DNA of 42,121 nt from an uncultured Methanosarcinales archaeon (GTDB taxonomy: Archaea > Nanobdellota > Nanobdellia > Woesearchaeales > CAZYIM01). The DNA is taken from the NCBI GenBank assembly GCA_964647565.1, contig CAZYIM010000024.1:1-42121 (forward strand), written 5' to 3'. Both the position numbers and the translations under genes were made by a program. Below are positions 29,975 to 38,233 of the stretch, piece by piece (within the stretch, counting starts at the first letter, position 1; every line of letters begins with the position of its first letter). The notes beneath the pieces are model-generated. The model did not search any database, had not been told where the DNA came from, and worked only from the letters and a program-made list of their open reading frames with translations.

Positions 29975-31380
29975 GTTCTGCAAGAAAAGCCCAGATGGAT
30001 CCAGTTTTCCTAGGTAAGGTGCTGTTCACTGTCATGGGAGTTCTTCTTGCGTTCTTTGTTGGTGGTAAGGTCTATGCAGCTGTTGTTGGCGGTGCACACT
30101 CGACAACCAAAGGAGACTTCCTGAACCTGGTCGCAGACCTAGAGTTCATGCTCTTCATGGAAGACTCCACAATGGCCCAACACACACTCTACCTCGAGAA
30201 CAACTATGTCATCGTCGGTTTCGGATTCGATCCCGCGATGAGTACATTGGATTATATACAGTATGAAGATAAATTTATACTCAAACCTTACAATATAGAT
30301 GGCGGAAAATGCTACATGAAGCCATGTCTTTGCCTTTACAAAAGAGAACCCCAACAATTCAAAGATGCTAATTCTATTAGCAATGACAAAGCAAAAAGAG
30401 AAGCGAAGAAGAATGTCATAGAATGTCATAGCTTTGAGACCAAGGGTGCTGTACAGTTCTTTACATTGGCGGGAAAGAATTATTATTATTGTACTGCTGG
30501 AGCGGTAGATGAAGTTACACCAAAAATAAGCTACCCTGCTAACACTCCTGCTGAACTTGCAGATCCTAAGAGAACATATAATGAAGAGTATAAATATATG
30601 TATTTCAAAGGAGACTCAAATAAATGCAATCTGATGACACTCTATGTAGATGTCTATAGCTACCCTGGAAAATCAAAACAACTTGTGTTTATGGCGCCGA
30701 TCTACTCAAACAAGAATAATGTCCAATCAAGGGGTAATTATTATGGTTCCAAACAAGGGCAGGACTTAACGAGCAGATATTATAGTATGTTTGTCTGCCC
30801 TTCGATTGTAGAATCTGTACCCGATTGTGTCGGAAAAAAATCACATGATGTTGTATCAACAAATTGGGCAAACACAGAATGTGATGCTGCAATATATTCT
30901 AGTGAAAAAGCGTTATGTATATATGAAGACAACAAGTGCCATCACGAATGTGTTCATCTTTGTTCAGAGGCTATGAACACAATAACAGAAACTGGTTTGA
31001 TAACCGAACCCTGTGCATGTGCAGATGATTATAAGAAGTATGGCTATTGCTTGACTGTCGAAGATCCTACTACTGGTGATGAGGTGCAACAATATTTAGA
31101 TTTAGATTGTTCAGCTAAAAGTGTGACTAAATGTGAGGAATATTGTTCGACTAGTATAAGCGGAAGATCCTGTAATCAAGACGAAACTCTTAGTTGCCAA
31201 AATGATCTTTGCCAAATTGCTGTAACAGAGGCCCAATCTAGCAATCAACAGCTTAAGCGTGGTAAGCGCTGGGCATGTCAACCTTTTGAAACCAATAGTC
31301 CTCATAGTTCAGGCGCAACATCTTTTGGATCTACAGGCACTAAAATATGGCAATGTGGTCTAGAACAAGTTGATATTTAA
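29971..31380 (+). CDS. Cys-rich pilin-like protein
   Basis: RKAQMDPVFLGKVLFTVMGVLLAFFVG; ATGA overlap; PCLCLY and ITEPCAC modules. Confidence 0.78.
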   Translation: MSSARKAQMDPVFLGKVLFTVMGVLLAFFVGGKVYAAVVGGAHSTTKGDFLNLVADLEFMLFMEDSTMAQHTLYLENNYVIVGFGFDPAMSTLDYIQYEDKFILKPYNIDGGKCYMKPCLCLYKREPQQFKDANSISNDKAKREAKKNVIECHSFETKGAVQFFTLAGKNYYYCTAGAVDEVTPKISYPANTPAELADPKRTYNEEYKYMYFKGDSNKCNLMTLYVDVYSYPGKSKQLVFMAPIYSNKNNVQSRGNYYGSKQGQDLTSRYYSMFVCPSIVESVPDCVGKKSHDVVSTNWANTECDAAIYSSEKALCIYEDNKCHHECVHLCSEAMNTITETGLITEPCACADDYKKYGYCLTVEDPTTGDEVQQYLDLDCSAKSVTKCEEYCSTSISGRSCNQDETLSCQNDLCQIAVTEAQSSNQQLKRGKRWACQPFETNSPHSSGATSFGSTGTKIWQCGLEQVDI

Positions 31381-32414
31381 AAAAGTTTTTGAGGTGGATT
31401 TTGCAAGAAGGGTGTGGCTTGTTTTTGGGCATTTTTTCCCTGGGCATCCTTTTTTTCAACAAAATAGATCTCATCCGCATTGGATGTTCCATCTGATCTT
31501 AATCCTTTTCTAAAAACACAAAAGACTCCCTTTTTTCCTTTGAACTTATTTAAGTCAACATCTTCAACAAATCCAAATTTCTGGGTGATGTTGCCTGAAA
31601 ATTCCATGACATAATCAGGGTTTTCCCAATCACGATCCTCTTTTGAATAATAGATAAAAAATCCTCTACGATCTTTAGCAGTATTCCTATTGTTATCAAT
31701 TGAATACGCTAAGGATAACGCGTCTACTTTATTAGAAAGACCATAATTTGTAAAAGCAATCTCATAATCTGTTACAACATCCTTGGAAACAATCTGAAGT
31801 TTCTTCCAGCTTTCAAACTTGAATGGTACGCCTCTGTAGTCTGGCAATGAATCTTCTGATGTTATGTTTCTCGCCCATATGATTGTTGAAGGTATTGTGA
31901 AATGTATATCTGAGTTCGCAACTGCTACCATATCTTCTTTTCCATCTCCATCCAGGTCTGCCATTACGCCAGCCCATATCTTGGGATTCTGGAGTTCTTC
32001 AGGAAGCCTTTCGAACCTATCAAAAGTGCCATTGCTGTTTTTTGAGAAGTATAATCCCCCGTTGTTTGATCCTGTGCCTTTTTCAATTACTACTATATCT
32101 TCTAAGTTGTCATTGGTTAATTTACCTTTGAATAGGTTGTAGGGTCTTTCCAGCTGCTGTTCAAATTCCTTTGGTTGGGAGAACTTACCCTTGCCTTGGT
32201 TCTCAAGATACATTAGGTTTGTGTTCCATTTGTTAGAATCATTCTTGTCTCTGCCAACAAACACAATATCCGAATTGCCATCCTTTTTTCTGTCGACAAC
32301 TGCTATTTTCCTGACTTCGTAGTTCTTGGTCTGGCTGGTTGCCTTAGTTGGCATGAAGTAGGATGCTGCGGTTGTCAGCATTGCCAGAGTAATTATTCCT
32401 AATTTCTTGAGCAT
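31377..32414 (-). CDS. Secreted FG-GAP/VCBS-like repeat (beta-propeller) protein
   Basis: Encoded on the minus strand, so the track's + label is wrong: CAT at 32412-32414 reads ATG CTC AAG AAA = MLKK, and the stop is TTA at 31377-31379. Signal peptide plus ADLDGDGKEDMV, DRKKDGNSDIV and LTNDNLEDIV repeats. Confidence 0.8.
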   Translation of the reverse strand: MLKKLGIITLAMLTTAASYFMPTKATSQTKNYEVRKIAVVDRKKDGNSDIVFVGRDKNDSNKWNTNLMYLENQGKGKFSQPKEFEQQLERPYNLFKGKLTNDNLEDIVVIEKGTGSNNGGLYFSKNSNGTFDRFERLPEELQNPKIWAGVMADLDGDGKEDMVAVANSDIHFTIPSTIIWARNITSEDSLPDYRGVPFKFESWKKLQIVSKDVVTDYEIAFTNYGLSNKVDALSLAYSIDNNRNTAKDRRGFFIYYSKEDRDWENPDYVMEFSGNITQKFGFVEDVDLNKFKGKKGVFCVFRKGLRSDGTSNADEIYFVEKKDAQGKNAQKQATPFLQNPPQKLF

Positions 32415-32439
32415 TCTGGTCTAAAGGTGGTCATTTCCC

Positions 32440-32454
32440 TTTATAAATCTTTCG
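32440..32454 (-). promoter_or_regulatory. BRE/TATA promoter of the FG-GAP gene (probably leaderless mRNA)
   Basis: Minus strand reads CGAAAGA-TTTATAAA, 25 nt upstream of the ATG. Confidence 0.6.
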
Positions 32455-32806
32455 ATTTATTACCACTTTGTAGTGAATATCTTTCACGATTTCTGAAATT
32501 ATACAACAACCTCTGTTTCTTTATCCGCAAGCACCTCAACCGCCATATTGTCTTCTTGTCAAGAACAGGTTGTATCTCCCATTTCCAAAGTTTGGTTTGA
32601 TTTTCCATAGAATATTTGCTTGAAAAAAGCCTTTATATGCCTTCACAAACAAAATCCAGAGCATTTCCGAAAACAAGTAGTCCTGGCCAGACAGAACTGA
32701 CCATGTTCCTGAACCAAGTGCAGGGTTATGGTCTGGGGAGTAGGACATGCATAGCATGTCTGTCTGTGTCATGTATGAATGCTTGTTTAATAAAGACTCT
32801 AATTTA

Positions 32807-32846
32807 TTTCGTAATATACAAAATCTACAATTTTGAAGTCTTGAAA
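32807..32846. repeat. Degenerate copy of the bulged inverted repeat
   Basis: TTTCG..TACAAAAT-CTACA-ATTTTGAAGTC-TTGAAA. Confidence 0.5.
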
Positions 32847-32860
32847 ATTAAAACTTCTTT

Positions 32861-32878
32861 CCAAAACATATATAAACC
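32861..32878 (+). promoter_or_regulatory. TATA promoter of the second pilin-like operon
   Basis: CCAAAACA-TATATAAACC; the TATA box ends 23 nt before ATG 32900. Confidence 0.55.
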
Positions 32879-32899
32879 TAAACCTCTAGTTTCAACTTA

Positions 32900-33877
32900 A
32901 TGTTGGTGAGGAGTAAAAGAGGTGAAACAACTCCTGGTTGGTGGGTTGTAATATTAGTACTTGTATCTATATGTATAGCAGGATTATTCATGTTTGTCAA
33001 TGGTGTTGTAGAGGATACGACCTTTTGGCAGAAATTCTATTCAAGGGATATGGCATTTGCAGTCAATGCAATGCACTCAGCACAAGGTAAGCTTATGCTT
33101 GGCTACCAGATTGGACATACACAGAAGGTTTTCAATGTTAAGTTAGATGGAGACCGAGTAGGTGTTGGTCTGAAAGCAGAAGAGGAGATTGGCTCACACT
33201 ATCTCAAGTTTTTTCGATTCCCTGCCTCACATTATGTTGATATAATTCCTGATGAGATAACACCATATTATTTCTCTCTAGAAAGACAAGGGGAGAAGAT
33301 ATACCTGCATCTTGACAAGGAACCGCCTAAATCTTGCCCAGGTCCAACCACCAAAGATGATTTCAAGGCCAAGAAGATATTCGTGGATTCCAAAGCCAAG
33401 GGAACAGGAGTCCAGGCAATGACCCTCAAAGAGGGGGATATGACATCTGCTATTGTCACTAGAACTATGAGTTCTATTATTGGGGAACAAACATTGCTTA
33501 ACAGTCTTCCTACAAGACCAGATGCTTCAACAATTACAGAGTCCAATGCAGACATGATCCTAAGCCTGCATCTTGAGTCTGGTTCATCTAACTATCTAAG
33601 GATGTATTATGAACCAAATATAAAGCTGTTACATGCTGAAAAATTAGGCTGTCATTTCTTATACGAGATAAACCAGTTGTTTCCTCTCAGCTTTTTTGAC
33701 GGTGTGGACCATCCTCCAACTCTTCCTCCTTCAATAAATAGATACAATATTGACAAACCAGTCTTATATATTGTGATGGGAAGCATCCAGCATTACACTA
33801 ACAATGACAAGCAGAAACTATTGATAGAAAAAACACCTATTGCAATTAAAAACGCAGTTAAGAAGTACTATGAATAA
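32900..33877 (+). CDS. Pilin-like protein with degenerate N-acetylmuramoyl-L-alanine amidase (Amidase_3)-like domain
   Basis: KRG-ETTPGWWVVILVLVSICIAGLF; ordered motifs KIFVDSKAKG (cf. IxIDPGHGG), LKEGD (cf. LxEKD), NADMILSLH (cf. ADLFISIH), PVLYIVMGSI (cf. PAVLVExGFI), AIKNAVKKYY. Confidence 0.68.
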   Translation: MLVRSKRGETTPGWWVVILVLVSICIAGLFMFVNGVVEDTTFWQKFYSRDMAFAVNAMHSAQGKLMLGYQIGHTQKVFNVKLDGDRVGVGLKAEEEIGSHYLKFFRFPASHYVDIIPDEITPYYFSLERQGEKIYLHLDKEPPKSCPGPTTKDDFKAKKIFVDSKAKGTGVQAMTLKEGDMTSAIVTRTMSSIIGEQTLLNSLPTRPDASTITESNADMILSLHLESGSSNYLRMYYEPNIKLLHAEKLGCHFLYEINQLFPLSFFDGVDHPPTLPPSINRYNIDKPVLYIVMGSIQHYTNNDKQKLLIEKTPIAIKNAVKKYYE

Positions 33878-34406
33878 GAAAGCAGAAGCACATAAATTCC
33901 TGGAATTTCTGCCAAGGATAGTTTTTTTAGTCATAGCTTTCCTAATAGTAGGTCTATACATCAGCTTCTTTAAGGTAAGCCATGTCAGGACCTTTGAGAT
34001 AGAGCAGGAGTTGCTATTAAACAGGCTCTACTTTTCCCCTGATTTGATCACATATACAGACCTAGACACGGGAAGAACATATCCTGGAGTAATTGATCTG
34101 GATAAAGTCCGGACAAGTGTATTAGAAAACTCCTTGAAATACACACAGGATAACTACATTGCAGCAAAGATAACAATCCAAGATGCAAGTTTTGATGAAA
34201 TAACTTACAAGGATCCCTTGCCAAGAAAAGCAATTGCCTATCTGAATGAGGCGGGGTATATCCGCTGGGAAGACCAAGCCATACTTGGATGGAAGGGAAG
34301 GGGCGCTTATAGATTCTTCCAAAGGAGGATTCCGATCGAGTATGTGGACAACGGAGTGAAAAAACCAGGCTTTATGCTTGTAAACATTATCAAGGCAAAC
34401 TATTAA
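33870..34406 (+). CDS. Pilin-like protein (class III signal peptide)
   Basis: MNKKAEAHKFLEFLPRIVFLVIAFLIVGLYI; overlaps the upstream stop. Confidence 0.75.
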   Translation: MNKKAEAHKFLEFLPRIVFLVIAFLIVGLYISFFKVSHVRTFEIEQELLLNRLYFSPDLITYTDLDTGRTYPGVIDLDKVRTSVLENSLKYTQDNYIAAKITIQDASFDEITYKDPLPRKAIAYLNEAGYIRWEDQAILGWKGRGAYRFFQRRIPIEYVDNGVKKPGFMLVNIIKANY

Positions 34407-34407
34407 A

Positions 34408-35682
34408 ATGAAAAACAGGAAATCACAATCAGTAATATCAGATGTTTTTTGGTATATTGTATTTGCTTTTGCAATGGTGATCTTCTATTTTATATATGCA
34501 CTAGGTGCCAAGAATATCCAGGTCGAAAACGAAGTGACAACCCAATACCAGGTCCTATTGGCAGAGAAAGTGCTCGAAGGATATCTTGACACGGAGGTGT
34601 TGCCTGAGTTTGAAGGATATGATGGTCAGGGTCTGAAAGGACAGTATTTGTTGAAAGGTCTTAACTTTGCTGTGCACCCATCCGCAAAATATGCATTCAT
34701 GCATCTTACATGGCCCAAGGATTTTAAGGAGCCTGAGACAAGACTGACTGATTATAATACTAATCTGATGTCTGATGGAGAAATAAAAGATATTGAAAGA
34801 ACTTTGGCATACCTTGCACTGGAAAAGAATTTTCATGTAGGTGTTATACTAGTGCAATCTATAGACAGGGATTGTAAGGCTTTTTTGACAGAAGTCTGGA
34901 ATTATGGAAATTGGAAAAAGAAGACTGATGCAATCCTGTTGATCACAACATCAGATTATCAAGGTGTTGCTTTTACGTGCATGGCAGTGGACAAGAAACA
35001 TGAACTTGTTATGGACGATACAGTCCTTGTAGATACTGTTGCAAACATGTTGCAATACTTCAAGAGAAACGAGATCCACGACGGTATATACTATACGCTA
35101 AAAGAGATGAATCGTAAGGTTAATGGAGAACTGACTATAGGTTCCCTGCCAAAAACAATAAGAGATTATCTCATGGAGAGAGCAGGAAACACAGATTATG
35201 ACGATATTATTAAAGATGCTACATTAAATTATTTTCAAACTGCATATGGAGAAGAATGGTGCATAGAATTAAATGGGGAAATTTACGACAGCTTGAATAA
35301 ACTTACAACATATTCTAAAACAATTGGACTAAGAAGTAATATAGCTGGCGTATTTTCTGGACCTTTTGTTTTTTGTCCTAGAGGGAGTTATAGTTATGAT
35401 TTCGAACCTAAAATTGACGGGGATAACAGAAAATGGGGGAACTATTACAGCCTTTTTGAAGAGAAATACTTCAAGAACTACCTGGTAAAATATAAAACAC
35501 CTACTAAAGTTGATCAAGTCATAGGTCTTAAGGGTGTTGAACTACCAAAAAAAATCAACGAACAAAAATACAATACAGGAAAAAGACCAATACAAATTAT
35601 TAGAAAACTTCCAGTCATGCCGACTGGATTTGTCAACCTGAAATTAACAATTGGAGTGAAATTCGACACATATCAAGAATGA
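34408..35682 (+). CDS. Pilin-like protein with inserted TPM-like domain
   Basis: RKSQSVISDVFWYIVFAFAMVIFYFIYAL; LTDYNTNLMSDGEIKDIERTL..VGVILVQSI..W..DAILLI resembles the TPM domain pattern. Confidence 0.65.
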   Translation: MKNRKSQSVISDVFWYIVFAFAMVIFYFIYALGAKNIQVENEVTTQYQVLLAEKVLEGYLDTEVLPEFEGYDGQGLKGQYLLKGLNFAVHPSAKYAFMHLTWPKDFKEPETRLTDYNTNLMSDGEIKDIERTLAYLALEKNFHVGVILVQSIDRDCKAFLTEVWNYGNWKKKTDAILLITTSDYQGVAFTCMAVDKKHELVMDDTVLVDTVANMLQYFKRNEIHDGIYYTLKEMNRKVNGELTIGSLPKTIRDYLMERAGNTDYDDIIKDATLNYFQTAYGEEWCIELNGEIYDSLNKLTTYSKTIGLRSNIAGVFSGPFVFCPRGSYSYDFEPKIDGDNRKWGNYYSLFEEKYFKNYLVKYKTPTKVDQVIGLKGVELPKKINEQKYNTGKRPIQIIRKLPVMPTGFVNLKLTIGVKFDTYQE

Positions 35683-38150
35683 TAAAGAACAAAAAATCCC
35701 AGATATTTGTGATCTTCATAGTTTTCTTTTCAATACTAGTGCTTATAGTTGCTTTCACAGCGCTGATGAGAAAATACAATGGTACAGCAACTGTATGCGA
35801 TCCTAACCAAAACCAAGGTCCTAGTTGTGTAGATGAACAAATAGGCCTGTATGGCTTCTCAATATATAGAACCTTCCATAGGGTTGAGAATGATCTTGAC
35901 GTACTAGACTCGTCTGCAAAGTACTCTCTTTCAGAAGCCTTGTTCAATCTGACTGAGAAAGGAGGATTTGCAATCACAGGCAATGCAACTGTTGACAATG
36001 CCCAGGCAAACAAGCCCTGTAGTTTCTACAGCTATCCTGTGTGGATATCCTTGCAAAAAAATTGCTATCCTGACTATCAAAACCATCTGATGTTTTATTT
36101 TACCAAGAGAATGAAAACCAAGCTGGAATATTTTGCTGATTCAGACCTGGATATTGAATATGATTACGTGATCAAACAAGACGGCAATAAACCCTCAGTC
36201 CCATTATTCTTACAAGGCAATCCTAAAGAAGAACTTGATTTTGCAGTCTCTCCATATGACGTGGCTTTGCCTACTATGGATCCCAACTACCCTGCAAATG
36301 CAGACGTGGACATCATTAAAAAAAGGATAGAAAAATATGAAAGGCATATACAGACATATAGCAAGAAATACAATGTTCCTGGAAGTATAATACGAGCTGT
36401 GATTGCCAAAGAATCTTCTGGTGTTGCAGATAAACAAGGCTCTACTGGAGATTATGGACTGATGCAGATAGTCCCTGTTTATGCTACTGGCAAATACAAA
36501 GGCAAGCATCTGCATCATAATGAATGTGTCAAGGAATGTGGATTCAAAAAAGCTAAAAATGGAGCCCAAGTGGATACAACAGAGTATTATGAACCAGAAA
36601 AGAACATATGCTGTGGGACTTATATACTTGCTGAAAGCTATGATAAATGCAAGGGTGAGCCTCCTAAGCAATACATAAAAAAGACTGACTGCTGTGGTGG
36701 TTGTGATGATAGACAACTACCCGCTGGAATTGACAATTGCAATGCCTCTACATCAGATCCGAGCTGTTGCCAGGGGTGCATCAGAGTTACATATTACTCT
36801 GGCTGGGGTTGTGCCCTAAGAAGGTACAATGGTTGGGGGCCTTGTGGAGATGATGACTATGTTGAGAGAGCTTTAGCATGGAATGGTAAGTTTGGCGGTA
36901 ATCCTTATATTGATATCAGCAACATCGGAGTCTACTCTCTTTTAGCGCCATTCGTAGCGACACAGGATTTTGATCTGAGTGTATTTGAAGATGCCATAGA
37001 CTTTTCAAAGGGATTAAATCCTTTGCATGAAAATTTACCTCCTCCAGGACAGCCCTGCAATGATGCAGAAACATTCGATGATTGTGTCCAAGATCATATT
37101 ACAGATTTCAATGACAATAATGAGATGCAAATAAGTACTGAATGTGAAAACGAGCCCAACCTTTACAACTATGTTGACAGCATACAAGATTGTGCAAACC
37201 AGCCAAGAACATCCTGCTATTGTGAGTTATTTAACATACCTGATTCATACCCTGTTAATTTTAAACTTGACCCTACTTATATCCAAATTTCTTCAGGGGG
37301 TCAGAATATCAAAAGCACACTCGATATTAAACCCTTTAAACCCTTAGGCACACCAGTTTTTACAGGACCTGGTTTTAATATCAATATAAAGAAATCAACT
37401 TTCCTTTTCAAACCAGAACAAGAAGATAAACCCTTAATCTTAATTGAAGATCCGACGCAGCTAGACAAGAAAAAGTTGGAAATGGAATCCCAAAATCAAG
37501 AGTTGATGAAATGCAATCTTGACAAGACATATAAAGACACATATCGCTTCTGTGCAAGGACCAAGCCAGTGCATAGCTATAGTTATGCTATCAAAGCCCA
37601 TCAACAAAAGGAATATTCATACTCAACCAATGATGCCCTTATTAAGTTTGCAGTCACTCTTGATGACCAGAAAGCGCCTGAAAAGATTGAAGGCCTAAAA
37701 GTTATTGATAAGTCCGCTGAAAGCAATTCTATTATCTTACAATGGGAAAAAAGTGCAATCAATGACTTGTATTTCTATAATGTTTATTGTGAACTGGGTG
37801 ATAGGACAATTACATCACATGCAAACTTAATAGACCTTACACCTTCCCTAATTCTCTTTCCACGAACAACTGATGATGATATAGTGACAGAAGTTAGAGA
37901 ATGCAATGGACAACCAATCGCTGATTCGAACTTACCAGATTTAACACAATATCATTTTGTTGTTACTGCCAGGGATATTAGAGGGAATGAAGAAACTCAG
38001 TTTTATGATTCTGTTGGAGGGATCTCTTGCTCTCCTTCACATGAGTCAGATCCATTGTACATGCTTGCATGCAAGCCGCCTATTGTAATGCCCGAGTTAA
38101 ACAAGCACAAGACCAATGTTGTTAGTGGTTCAGTTGCTGCAACACCTTAA
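35679..38150 (+). CDS. Pilin-like protein with lytic transglycosylase (SLT) domain and C-terminal FN3 domain
   Basis: KKSQIFVIFIVFFSILVLIVAF; SKKYNVPGSIIRAVIAKES (catalytic Glu codon at 36411), DYGLMQI, EPEKNICCGTYIL, ALRRYNG, YVERA. FN3 segment APEKIEGL..LQW..YNVY..YHFVVTARD.GNE. Confidence 0.85.
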   Translation: MIKNKKSQIFVIFIVFFSILVLIVAFTALMRKYNGTATVCDPNQNQGPSCVDEQIGLYGFSIYRTFHRVENDLDVLDSSAKYSLSEALFNLTEKGGFAITGNATVDNAQANKPCSFYSYPVWISLQKNCYPDYQNHLMFYFTKRMKTKLEYFADSDLDIEYDYVIKQDGNKPSVPLFLQGNPKEELDFAVSPYDVALPTMDPNYPANADVDIIKKRIEKYERHIQTYSKKYNVPGSIIRAVIAKESSGVADKQGSTGDYGLMQIVPVYATGKYKGKHLHHNECVKECGFKKAKNGAQVDTTEYYEPEKNICCGTYILAESYDKCKGEPPKQYIKKTDCCGGCDDRQLPAGIDNCNASTSDPSCCQGCIRVTYYSGWGCALRRYNGWGPCGDDDYVERALAWNGKFGGNPYIDISNIGVYSLLAPFVATQDFDLSVFEDAIDFSKGLNPLHENLPPPGQPCNDAETFDDCVQDHITDFNDNNEMQISTECENEPNLYNYVDSIQDCANQPRTSCYCELFNIPDSYPVNFKLDPTYIQISSGGQNIKSTLDIKPFKPLGTPVFTGPGFNINIKKSTFLFKPEQEDKPLILIEDPTQLDKKKLEMESQNQELMKCNLDKTYKDTYRFCARTKPVHSYSYAIKAHQQKEYSYSTNDALIKFAVTLDDQKAPEKIEGLKVIDKSAESNSIILQWEKSAINDLYFYNVYCELGDRTITSHANLIDLTPSLILFPRTTDDDIVTEVRECNGQPIADSNLPDLTQYHFVVTARDIRGNEETQFYDSVGGISCSPSHESDPLYMLACKPPIVMPELNKHKTNVVSGSVAATP

Positions 38151-38189
38151 TTTTCCGATTACTAAAAAAATCTATCTTTTCTATTACCA

Positions 38190-38204
38190 CAAACTATATA
38201 AACC
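38190..38204 (+). promoter_or_regulatory. TATA promoter of rpa
   Basis: CAAAC-TATATAAACC upstream of the rpa start. Confidence 0.55.
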
Positions 38205-38233
38205 AAGTTCCTTTTTTCAAAATGGGGGTTATT

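Noticed and set aside
32536..32900. ORFs 32536..32772 (-) and 32616..32900 (+)
   Set aside because: They have no recognisable motifs, overlap each other, and the + ORF runs through a promoter and a hairpin repeat; probably spurious.
20592..38150. Archaellum (flagellar) operon
   Set aside because: There is no archaellin-like conserved N-terminus and no ArlH/I/J genes in the window.
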